From the NCBI GenBank assembly GCA_024679065.1, contig JAGIQG010000024.1, positions 3,100,001 through 3,164,000 on the forward strand: a stretch of DNA of 64,000 nucleotides, in the 5' to 3' direction. A program made the position numbers and the translations under genes. The notes beneath the pieces are model-generated. The model had not been told where the DNA came from, did no database searches, and saw nothing but the letters and a program-made list of their open reading frames with translations. Source of the DNA: Sphyrna mokarran (taxonomy: Eukaryota). Position 1 is the first letter of the stretch. Each line of letters opens with the position of its first letter. Below are positions 11,141 through 22,764 of this stretch, piece after piece.

Positions 11141-12169
11141 ATAAAGGTGGGGATAGAAGACATGCATTGACAGAAATCGCACTGGCATGAAGCTATCCCA
11201 CAACATACCAAGCAGTCACACTGAAATAAAACTCTGAAGATCTCATTAATGAGGCCAACGGGTAGCCCCCAAAACTGATCCCTCCTCCTTCCCATCTTTG
11301 AACCATTTGAGATTAAAATTCAGGCTTCCTGATTCCATCCTGTTGCCCACACCAAACATATTATGGTGCCACCACCATATTATTAGGGTCAGCAGGCTTT
11401 GTAACAGTATCATGCTATACTTTCATGAAATTATATAGCTAATTTGTAATTCCTTCCCATACCTGTACTTAATTCTTTCCATGTCCTTTCCTTCCAATCT
11501 CTACAGTGATACCAAACCCTCACCCTCAATTCTCTGAGCATCAGCAGCCAGTCTCCCAGGCTCCATGCTATGGAATTCCATCCCTAATCCAATCCTACTT
11601 TCAACTCCCATCCCCCTGTATGACCCTTTTTAAAACACAGAGCTTATCAAAGTTTTTGGTTAATGTTAACTTCTCTAGCTCATGTCTATGTGCCTCTGTA
11701 GCTACCTTTGTGACTTGTGTTGGAATGTTTATCCTTATTGAAAGCCTGATATACTGGTTCCTGTTGTACCAGTTTGTGTTGTTTAGTGTCTCACTGCATT
11801 GGATGATCCATTTTAGCTAGCCTAACCAATAGGACTCAAAAAAAATCCCATTTTGCTCTGTTCCTGTTATTTTGCTGTTGACTTAACAAATTTCCAGACC
11901 ATCTCACTGCCCTGTTTTAGATAAATGCTGTCAGGCCAAGAACAAACATTCCTCTCAAATCACCTGACAAGATTAAAGAAAATAGCTGGTCTGCTTTAGA
12001 CACGTGTACATCAGAAATGATGCGAACTTGAAAATTTGCATGTATGAAGAAATCAGATTGTCTGAAGGTCAGTGTTGAAGTAGTTCCACCCCACAGTCCA
12101 CCTTCCCGAACAGAATCAGGGGACATTGATATAAAATAAGGGTCCCCTATTTAAGGCAGACAGGAAATT

Positions 12170-12290
12170 CATGTGTGCTATTGCAGACCAGAACACTGTA
12201 TTTGCCTGATGAAGACGAAAGTCGAAAGCTAGCACATTTACTATCAAACAATAGGTTGGATTTAAAATTGGTGTTGCCAGACTCTTACTG
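12170..12290 (+). mobile_element. Penelope-like pseudo-LTR fragment containing an intact minimal hammerhead motif
   Basis: TGC-CTGATGA-A-GAC(GAAA)GTC-GAAA-GCTA-GCA at 12203-12234; the flank matches 35480-35585, which follows a GIY-YIG ORF. Confidence 0.7.
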
Positions 12291-12299
12291 GTATTACGC

Positions 12300-13137
12300 A
12301 TTCCCAGAGTTTAGAAAGAGGTTGCTAGAGGTAGTGGATGCATTGACAGTCATCTTCCAAAATTCTGGAATGGTTCCTGAAGATTGGAAGATAGCAAATG
12401 TCAACTCACTATTTAAGGGAGGGAAAGAGAAAACAGAGAATTACAGAGTTATATCAGTAGTTAGGGAAATGCTGGAATCTTTTATAAAGGATGTGATGGG
12501 TAGACACTTGGATAATCATGATCTGATTGGGTGTAGTCAGCATTGACTTACAAATAGGAAATTATGTTTGACAAACTTGTTGTAAGATTTTACTAAATAA
12601 TCTGACAAAGGAGAGTCGACGGACTGATTTCCAGAAAGCTTTTGGTAAAGCTCCCACAAGACCTGATTAGTAAAATAAAAGCACATGGAATAGGGGGTAA
12701 GATACTGACATGGAGTGAGGATAGGCTAACAGGCAGAAAAGAGAGAGCAAGAATAAATGGGTCATTCTTGCATGAGCAGGCTGTGGTGAATGGGGTACTG
12801 CAGGGATCAGTACTAGAGTCCCAGCTGTTCACAATATATATCAGTGATTTGGATGTGGGAACCAAATGTAATATTTCCAAGTTCACGGATGATATAAAGC
12901 TTGGCAGAAATGTATGGTGTGAGGAAGATGTAAAACAGGTACAGGAGGATTTGGACAGACAAGAACATAGAAAATGAAATATACTACGGAAAGGTGTAAA
13001 GTAATCCATTTTGGTAAAAGGAACAGATGTACTTCCTAAATGGTTAGAAATTCAAATGTGTAGATGTACAAAGGGGTCTGAGTGTTCTTGTCTATAAGTC
13101 ATTGTAGGGTAATATGCAGGTGCAGCAAGCTATTAGG
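12300..13137 (+). mobile_element. old CR1 LINE RT fragment (5' part, interrupted by a younger CR1)
   Basis: VPEDWKIANV, GVLQGSVLESQLF, FTDDIK; continues at about 15265. Confidence 0.85.
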
Positions 13138-15257
13138 AACAAAGAACAAAGAACAAAGAACAAAGAACAACACAGCACGGGAAACAGGCCCTTAGGCCCA
13201 ACGAGCCCACGCCGCCGTCCTAACGTCTTAATGACATATCCTTGACCTTAGGCTATGCCTATCGTTGAAGATTCCCATATAGGGACCAATATAGGGACAA
13301 TTTGTTACCCAATCAGCCTAAGAGCACATTTTTGGGATGTGGGAGGAAACCGGAGCACCCGGAGGAAGCCCACGCAACCACGGGGAGAACGCGCAAACTC
13401 CCGCAGACACGGGCCCAAATCCATGTGTCAGCACAGCAACAGTGATAGTCTCTGAGCTGTCATGTTGCCCATCAGATGGTCCAGTTTAAGCATACACTGA
13501 CAACGTGAAGCACTAGGCAACTCCTGAAGCAACCTCCAAGAGCAGCTCTCGCATGACATGCCACATGCATGCCCCTTGTTGGTCAACAAGGTGGACCGAA
13601 TTGCCTGCGGAAACAAATAAGACTTAATTAAACATGCTAAAAAAAAACTAAGACATTCCCGAGATGAAACTAAAAGATAGTCTACTACTATTTGGTCCTC
13701 CCGATGTTCAAACAGTCCTGCTATATCCCTTTATCTGCAGACCGCTCATGTGGCTGTCCAAGAGACCCTTAAACAACCGTAGCATGCCTGTTCCCACCAC
13801 CTTACTCAGCAGTACATTCCACACCCCCACTACCCTTTGTGTGAAAAACTGGCCTCTAATATTCGTCTTATACATAGCCCCCTGAGCCCGTGACCCCTCG
13901 TTCTATCCATTTCTAATGGTGGAAAAAGCTTACCACCATTTACTCTATCTATACCCCTCATAATCTTATATACCTCTAAAAGATCCCCTCTCAGCTGACG
14001 TCTTTCAAGGGAAAACAACCCCAATGTTTTCAATCTTTCCTCGTAAGACAGCCCTTCCATACCAGGCAGCATCCTGGTAAATCTCCTCTGCACTCTTTCC
14101 AGGGCCTCTACATCCTTCCTGTAGTACGGCGACCAGAACTGGACGCAGTACTCCAGATGAGGCCTAACCAACGTTCTATACACCTGCAACATCAGACTCC
14201 TACTCTTGTATTCTATACCTCTTCCTATGAAGGCTAACATACCATATGCTTTTTTTACCACATTCTCCACCTGTACTGACACCTTCAGAGACCTGTGAAC
14301 TTGCACTCCCAGGTCTCTCTGCATCTCTATACTCCGGATAGTTTTACCTTTTATCCTATAACTCCCCTCTACATTATTCCGGCCAAAATGCATCACCTCG
14401 CATTTATCCTGATTAAATTCCATTTGCCATCTATCTGCCCAATCTAACAGCCTATCTATGTCCTGTTGTATTGCCTGGCACTGCTCCTCAGTCCCCGCCA
14501 ATCCAAGTATCTTAGTGTCATCAGCAAATTTGCTGATCACACCACCTACCCCCTCTTCCAAGTCATTTATATACACACAAATAGAAGGGGTCCTAGTACA
14601 GAGCCCTGTGGCACACCACTAGTGACAGACCTCCAGTTGGAAAAAGAGCCTTCCACTACTACCCACTGTCTCCTCCTCCCAAGCCAGTTCTCAACCCATC
14701 TACATACCTGGCCCTGTATCCCATGCGCCTTAACCTTTTCTATCAGCCTACCATGAGGGACCTTATCAAACGCCTTACTGAAATCCATATAGACGACATC
14801 AATGGCTTGTCCTTCATCAACCGTTTTTGTCACCTCTTCAAAAAATTCCACTAGATTCGTAAGGCACGACCTCCCCTTAACGAAGCCATGCTGCGTATCC
14901 CTGATGAGATCGCAGCGCTCCAGATGCTCATACATCCTGTCCCTGAGAATCCTCTCCATTAGCTTACCTATAACTGAAGTCAAGCTCACCGGCCTATAGT
15001 CCCTGGGTTATCCCTCTGACCCTTTTTAAACAACGGTACTACATTTGCAATCCGCCAGTCCTCTGGGACCTCCCCTGTGTCCAAAGAAGAGACAAAGATT
15101 TGCGTCAGAGGCCCAGCAATGTCATCCCTCACCTCCCTTAGCAGCCTGGGATAAATACCATCAGGCCCCGGAGCTTTATAAATCTTTATGCTACCTAAAA
15201 GCCCCAACACTTCGTCCCTCGTAATGATTATTTCCTTTAACGGGTCCACAAATTCCT
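13138..15257 (-). mobile_element. 5'-truncated CR1 LINE with composite 3'UTR, nested in an older CR1
   Basis: RT ORF pieces 14986-15249, 14567-14989 and 13830-14576; (GTTCTTT)n tail at 13138-13170; flanked by attaggaa / attagaaa (TSD-like). Confidence 0.92.
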
Positions 15258-15264
15258 CATTAGA

Positions 15265-15790
15265 AAGTCTAATAGAATATTAACCTTTTTCACAGGAGTA
15301 GTGTAGTCTTGCTTCGATTGTATAGAAGCTTGGTTAGACCACACATGGAATACCGAGTGCAGTTTTGGTCTACTCACTCGGAAAGGATATTATTGCGAAG
15401 AGGGCATGCAATGAAGGTTTGCCAGGCTGGTTCCGGGTATGGTGGGACTGACTTATGAAGAGAGATTGGGCAATCTGGACTTGTATTCTCTGGAGTTTTA
15501 AAGAATAACAGGTAATCTCATTGAAACCTACAAAATACTTAAAGAAATAGACAGGGTTCTTGCAGATATTTCCGTAGGAGAGTCTAGAACCAGGAGGCAC
15601 AATTTCAAAATAAGGGGGAAACAACTTAGGACTGTAATGAGGAGAAATTTCTTTACATAGAGAGTTGTAAATCTTTGGATTCTCTATCTCAGAGGGTTAT
15701 GGGAGCTCAGCCACTGAATATGCTTAAGGTAGAGATTGATAGATTTCTGATTATCAATAATGTAAAAGGATTAGAGGGATTGTGGGCAGT
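15265..15790 (+). mobile_element. old CR1 LINE 3' part (continuation of 12300-13137)
   Basis: Decayed LYRSLVRPHMEY, YEERL and RGHNFKI coding remnants. Confidence 0.8.
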
Positions 15791-16999
15791 ATTACCCCCA
15801 GTCCCACATTAAACCTTGCTATTGCCAGATTTGTTTTATATCACACTCTCCCCTACTTTGTTTTCCTCTTTTGAGAGACTTCTCTATCCAAGCGAATATA
15901 CTACATCCAATCATGGGCTCTTATCATAAAATTTAATCTTTCATGAGATACCTTGTTGGAAGCCTCTGGGAGTCCAAATACAACCAACTACTGGGTCCCC
16001 TCTATCCACTCTGGTTGAGACCAGAGGGTCTTCGGAAGGTGACATGATACCGTAGGAAGAGTAACATCTGACTTTTTTTGAAAGCTGCAGGTGCCTTTCA
16101 TGAGAGACAAGCAGACATTCCTGATCTGAACATTCCAACACACTTCTGTTTAGTCTCCAACATTTCACTCTCTCTAAACATGACGTCCTCCAGAACAATA
16201 CTTCCAGTGGGTTTAGTTGCATCAAGTTCAGTTCCTCGGTCACACCTCGTGCTTCCTAGTTTACGTATTAAACTACCACCTGATTTGTTCAAGTCCCACA
16301 AACACTTCCTACTCTAATTACATAGATTGATTTTAATAAAGGAATTTCTGGATGATTTGATGTGAGTGTTCCTGGAGTGGAGAATCCTGTCTGACAGCAT
16401 TTCTAAATGGGCCTAACCAACCGAATATATAATAACGTATTGTTACAGGTAGATTATCGTCCTCTTTAAGACTCTTCAGCACTCAGTATGTCCAATTTGC
16501 ATTGATATAAATTGCCATGTGTAGAAACATCTCATTTCCCATTGAACCAATACATTCATTCTGGCTTTGTATTTCATGACCTGATTGACTTTTCTATCAA
16601 ACTGTTCACTGGTGGAGATAGTCTCTGATTCAGCAAATGGGATGACCCAGTAGCTGTTCACAGTCCTGCAGTAGTTGGTCAGTTTTAAAGATGACTGGGA
16701 AGGTTCAATGTTCAGTGTTGGGACTGATTATAAAGAAGAATTGCTAATCTAAATCTAAATCAGTGGCTATTAACTCTGGATAATTTTTCATATGATACAT
16801 GTCTTTATGCCAAAGTCCAGCAGAATAAACTCCTGAAGAGTGCCCACTACCAATGTCTTACTACAAGTGACTATGACTCATCTTCCATTCCCCCATCCTG
16901 CAGTATAAATATTTCCCACATTCTATGCCTTTTAGCTTTGACAAACACCATTTGTATAAGAAGTCAGGTCACAAATAGCCAATTACCTTGAAAATACCT

Positions 17000-18753
17000 G
17001 GCGATGATCTTTGCGTCATCCATGGAAACGGGAGAGGTTGCGGAGGATTGGAGGATTGCGGATGTGGTTCGTATTTTTAAGAAAGGGAACAAGGATAATC
17101 CGGGAAATTACCCACCAGTGAGTCTGACCTCAGTGGTTGGTAAGCTGATGGAGAGGCTTCTGAGGGACAAGATTTATGAACATTTGGAGAAGTTTAGACT
17201 GATCAGAAATAGTCAGCATGGTTTTGTCATGGGCAGGTCATGCCTTACGAGCCTTGTTGAGTTCTTCGAAAATGTGACTGAACGCATTGATGAAGGAAGG
17301 GCAGTGGATGTAGTGTGCATGGACTTTAGCAAGGTGTTTGATAAGGTCCCCCATGCAAGGCTTCTTGAGAAGGTGAGAGGGCATGGGATCCAAGGGGCTT
17401 TGGCCTTGTGGATCCAGAACTGGCTTGCCGGCAGAAGGCAGAGAGTAGTTGTGGATGGGTCTTTTTCTGCATGGAAGTCAGTCACCAGTGGAGTGCCCCA
17501 GGGATCTGTTCTGGGACCCTTGCTGTTTGTCATTTTCATAAATGACCTGGATGAGGAAGTGGAGGCATGGGTTAGTAAGTTCGCCGACGATACAAAGGTC
17601 GGTGGTGTTGTGGATGGTCTGGAGGGATGTCAAAAGTTGCAGCGGGACATAGACAGGATGCAAGACTGGGCGGAGAAGTGGCAGATGGACTTCAACGTGG
17701 ATAAATGTGTAGTAGTCCATTTTGGCAAGAATAATGGGATGAAGGAGTACAATATCAAGGGTAAGAGTCTTAGCTGTGTTGTAGAGCAGAAGGATCTTGG
17801 GGTCTGGGTCCATAGGACTCTTAAATCAGCCTCGCAGATGGAGGAAGTGGTCAAGAAGGCGTATGGTGTACTGGCCTTCATTAATCGAGGAAATGAGTTT
17901 AGGAGTCAGGAGGTAATAATGCAGCTCTATAAGACTCTTGTCAGACCCCAGTTGGAGTACTGTGCACAGTTCTGGTCGCCTCACTATAGGAAGGATGTAG
18001 AAGCTATTGAAAGAGTGCAGAGGAGATTTACAAGGATGCTGCCTGGATTGGGAGGCAGGCCTTATGAAGATTGGTTGAGGGAGCTGGGACTCTTCTCACT
18101 GGAGAGACGTAGGTTGAGAGGCGACCTGATAGAGGTTTATAAAATGTTGAGAGGAATAGATAGGGTGGATTCTCAGAGGCTATTTCCCCGAGCTGAAATG
18201 GTCACTACGAGAGGACACAGATTTGCTAGCACGAGGGGACACAGCTTTAAATTAAGGGGTATGAGTTATAGGACGGATATCAGAGGTAGATTCTTTACTC
18301 AAAGAGTGATTAGGGAGTGGAATGCCCTGCCTGCAGCTGTTGTAGATACGCCAAGTTTGGTGGCGGTTAAGAGGTTAATTGATAAGTATATGGAAGAGAA
18401 GGGAATGGTTTAGTTTGGAGGGGCATTGCTTTTTATTTTGGTCGGCACAACATCGAAGGCCGAAGGGCCTGTTCTGTGCTGTAATGTTCTATGTTTAAGG
18501 TGCAGGGAAGCAAATACAGAGGGGATGTTAGGGGTAGGTTTTTCATTCAGAGGGTGGTGAGTGAATGAAATCGGCTGCCATCAGAGGTGGTAGAGGCAAA
18601 CTCACTGGGGTCTTTTAAAAGACTTCTGGATGAGTACATGGGAACGAATGGGATAGGGGATTGTAGATAGGTCTGGGGATTGGTAGATATATTTGTGATC
18701 GGCACAACTTGTGGGCCGAAGGGCTTGTTTGTGCTGTAGCGTTCTATGTTCTA
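17000..18753 (+). mobile_element. 5'-truncated CR1 LINE with an open 469-aa RT frame; contains a second CR1 3' end inserted at 18225-18493
   Basis: ORF 17004-18413 (GVPQGSVLGP, FADDTK); two CR1 tails ending in gttctatg at about 18493 and 18753. Confidence 0.92.
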
Positions 18754-19096
18754 ATATATTAGAGAATTAGACAATACCATAATGTAGTTTATTGAATATG
18801 TTGTAATAATCGTTCATTGAGTTACTAAAAAAGAAAACATTGAAAAACTTCATATCAGTAAAACTCTTGCTATTTACTTCTCTTTTTAAAAGGGTAGCCT
18901 CTATTTTGGGGGTTGGTTTCATCCTGAACCCTCACCGAAGCCCACACCCAATATTCACAGGCGAATGGGTTTTGATAGAGATGAAAGCAGCTATTTGACT
19001 GCTTGGGGCATCACAGTCATTGAGACCAAAAAGTCAGCTCCACTCCGCCCACTATTGATGTCATCGCCCGGTGTCCCTGACAGCCACCGCCGGAGT

Positions 19097-19521
19097 GGGG
19101 GGGGGGGGGGGGGATGGCGGGGGCGGGGTCGGGACCGGGCCGGGGTCTAGGGTCGGGGTCGGGACCCGGGGTCGAGACCCGGGGGTCGGGACCCGGGGTC
19201 TGGGGTCGGGAGTCCGGCGTCTGGGGTCGGGGGTCCGGGTCGGGACCCGGGTCTGGGGTCGGGGGTCCGGGGTCGGGACCGGGGTCTTGGGTCCGGGTCG
19301 GGGTCTGGGCCGGGGGTCCGGGGTCGGGACCCGGAGTCTGGGCCGGGGTCGGGGGTCGGGGGTCCGGGGTCTGGGGTCCGGGGTCTGGGGTCCGGGGTCA
19401 GGACCCGGGGTCTGGGCCGGGGGTCCGGGGTCGGGACCCGGGGGTCGGGGGTCCGGGGTCTGGGGTCCGGGGTCAGGACCCGGGGTGTGGGCCGGGGGTC
19501 CGGGGTCGGGGGTCGGGACCC
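19097..19521 (+). repeat. G-rich satellite of GGGGTC(C/T)/GGGACCC units preceded by poly-G
   Basis: About 425 nt built of GGGGTC, GGGGTCC, GGGGTCT and GGGACCC units, with extreme G skew. Confidence 0.95.
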
Positions 19522-19669
19522 GCTCCCTGTCTTTGTTCTTGTTTCATTTTGAAGCCGGAAGCTGCAATTCCGGCATTCACCGGGGGTGGTGCTATCGGTG
19601 ATATCTGCACATGTGCAGCAAGTGCTCCCCCTAGTGTTGTAACAGGCATACTGCAGGACTCAGCATCAG

Positions 19670-19960
19670 ATACAGCAGCACAGTTAGACCATTCAGCCCA
19701 TCGAGTACCCTCTGCCATTGGATCATAGCTAACATGCTCCTCCTGCCCTTTTTCCTGCCTTCTCCCCATAAACCTTCAACACATTACCAATAAAAAATCT
19801 GTCTAACCCCTTAAATTTACTCACTGTCCAAGCGTCCACTGCACTTGGAGGCAGCAAATTTGACAGATTCACAACTCTTTGGGAGAAGTAGTTTCTCCTC
19901 AACACTATTTTGAATTTGCTATTCATTATCCTAAGACTATGACCTGTCACCGTAGAATGC
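19670..19960 (-). mobile_element. CR1 3'-end fragment
   Basis: TGHSLRI...RNYFSQRVVNL peptide and CR1 tail. Confidence 0.8.
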
Positions 19961-19984
19961 CCACAAGTGGAAAAGCAAATTGCG

Positions 19985-20872
19985 TGGAAAGTGGAAAATC
20001 TGCAGAGGGACCTGGATAAGCTGAGTCAGTGGGCGAGGACCTGGCAGATGGAGTATAACATTAGCAAATGTGAGGTTATCCACTTTGGTAGAAATAATAG
20101 TAGGAAGGAATATTATTTAAAGGGTGAAAAGCTGCAGCATGCTACAGTGCAGAGGGATCTGGGGATCCTTGTGCACAAATCGCAAAAACGCAGTCTGTAG
20201 GTGCAGCAGGTGATCAAGAAGGTGAATGGAACATTGGCCTTTAAAGCGAGGGAGATAGAATATAAAAGCAAGGAAGTCTTGCAACTGTGCAGGGCACTGG
20301 TGAGGCCACAGCTGGAGTACTGTGTGCAGTTTTGGTCCCCTTATTTGCAAAAGGATATATTGGCCTAGGAGGGAGTACAGAGAAGGTTCACAAGGCTGAC
20401 ACCGGAGATGAGGAGGGTTAGCTTATGAGGAGAGATTAAATAGACTGGGCGTGTACTAGTTGGAGTTTAGAAGGTCGAGGGGGGGATCTTATAGAGACTT
20501 ACAAGATAATAAAGGGGCCAGATAGGGTAGAGGTAGAGTGATTCTTCCTGCTTAGAAAGGAAAACAGAACTAGAGGGCACAGCCTCAAAATAAGGGGGAG
20601 GGCAGTTTAGAACAGAGTTGCAAAGGAACTTCTTCACTCAAAGGGTGGTAAATCTCTGGAATTCTCTGCCTGTTGAAGTGGTGGAGTTACCTCATTGAAT
20701 ATATTTAAGTCACGGGTAGATAGATTTCTGATAGACAAGGGAATTAAGGGTTATGGGGAGAAAATAGGAAACTGGAACTGATCCACTTCAGATCAGCCAT
20801 GATCTTATTGAATGGCGGGGCAGGCTTGAAGAGCTGGATGGCCTACTCCTGCTCCTATTTCTTATGTTCTTA
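19985..20872 (+). mobile_element. CR1 3' fragment
   Basis: LQRDLDKLSQWARTWQMEYN, VRPQLEYCVQFW; tail cctactcctgctcctatttcttatgttcttat. Confidence 0.88.
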
Positions 20873-20874
20873 TA

Positions 20875-21340
20875 TCTGTTCCGTGTCTACTTTATCCATA
20901 CCTTTTATCATCTTGTATATCTCAATTTCATCACCCATCATTTTTCTCAACTCTAGAGAGTATAGGCCTAAACTGTTCTAGCTCTCTTCATACGACAAAC
21001 CCCTCATATCTGGAATCAATCCAGTGAACCTCCTCTGAACTGCCTCCAATACCATTACATCTTTTCTCAAATAAAGGGACCAAAGTTGTGCATAATACTC
21101 CAGACGTGACCTCATCAATGTCCTGTATAGTTGCAACAATACTTCCTTACCTTTATATTCTATTCCTTTAGCTATAAATACAAACATTCCATTCATTTTC
21201 TTTATTATGTGCTGTACCTGCATGCCACTTTTCGGTAACTCATGCATAAGGACACCCAGATCCCTCTGCACCAGAATACCCCAAAGTCTCTGCCGTTTAG
21301 ATAATAAGTCACCTTCCCATTTTGCATGACCTCACGCTTA
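20875..21340 (-). mobile_element. CR1 fragment
   Basis: QRDLGVLMH...LYRTLMRSRLEYY...VQRRFTGLIP. Confidence 0.85.
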
Positions 21341-21799
21341 TCCACACATCACACTTATGATGTTGCCTCTGGCCATAAGTCACTCTGCTGGACACCTGGT
21401 CACTGACCACTGATTAATTTTATTATTGTGTTGAGACCCAGGGCAGAAACTCAAAGGTGTTTTATGAAGTTAACCTGGGTCTTAAGCTTTTACCTTTGAA
21501 CTTGGCACAGGTAAGCATGTAATGTTTCACTCCAGATATGATTCAAGTGACCCATTGGGATGCTCTAATCAAATGAAGTTTATGAACACAGTTAAAATAT
21601 AATAAAAAGAATTAGCATAATTTTTAACCAATTACATGAATTTTAGACAACACAATATAAACCCTAACAGCTAGCTATGTATGTTGTTCCATGTCAAACA
21701 ACACCAACAAACATACACCCCTTTCTAGCACAAAAAGCAAATATCCTCACATGATGCTGCATTTTGCAGCTTTTTAACACCTGCATTCAGTAACACTGC

Positions 21800-22760
21800 A
21801 AAAAGTAGTGTTACAGTCATAGCTAGGTATAGAGAAAGATCCACTTAATGTGTGGTAGGTCCATTCAAAAGGCTGATGATGTCAGCAGGGAAGAAATTGC
21901 TCTTAGTGATTTCACATGTCCTCAGACCTTTTTTTGTGTCTTTCCTGATGGAACAAGGTGAAAGAGGGGATGTGTCAGGGGTCTTTGATTATGCTGGCTG
22001 CTTTTCCGAGGCAGCAGGAAATGTAGACAGAATCAATGGGTGGGAAGTTGGTTTGAGTGATGGATTGGTTTTATTCATGATGCTTTGTAATTTATTGCGT
22101 TCTTGGACAGGAGCCATACTAAGCTGTAACACAACCAGAAAGAACGCTTTCTATGGTGTATCTATAGAAGTTGGTGAGAGTTGCAACAATCATGCCAAAT
22201 TTCCTTAGCCTCCTGAGAAAGTAGGCGAGCTTTCTTAACTATATCTTCTGCACGGAGGGACCAGGACAGGGTTGTTGGTGATCTGGATGCCTAAAAACTT
22301 GAAGCTTTTGATCATTTCTATTTCATCCCCATTGATATAGACAGGGACTACGCTTCCTGAATTAGATGATTATCTCCTCTGCTGCTACTGAGGGAGAGAT
22401 TATTGCCATGGCACTAGTTCACCACATTCTCTATCTGTTTTCTGTACTCTGTCTCATCATTGTTTGCGATCTGTCCCATTACAGTGGTGTCATCAGCAAA
22501 CTTGAAAATCGAATTGGAGGGGAATTGGCCATACAGTCATAAGTGTGTATGGAGTATAGTAGGAGGCTGAGAACACAGCCTCATGGGGCCTGGCGTTGAG
22601 GATAATCGTGGGGGCAGTGTTATCTGATTTTATTTGATTTGATTTATTATTGTCACATGCATTAATATATACAGTGAAAAGTATTGTTTCTTGCTCTATA
22701 TAGACAAAACATACCATATATAGGAAAGGAAAGGAGTGCAGAATGTAGTATTATTATCAT
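21800..22760 (-). mobile_element. Rex1/Babar-type LINE fragments
   Basis: Nucleotide similarity to 10262-11140 (FADDTT region; tttgatttgatttattattgtcac tail). Confidence 0.8.
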
Positions 22761-22764
22761 AGCT

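Noticed and set aside
15790-16720. Possible integrase-like remnants on the minus strand
   Set aside because: Too decayed to assign a family by eye
19071-19728. Gly/Pro-rich ORFs of 176 and 204 aa
   Set aside because: They arise from a stop-free G-rich satellite; no splice or domain support
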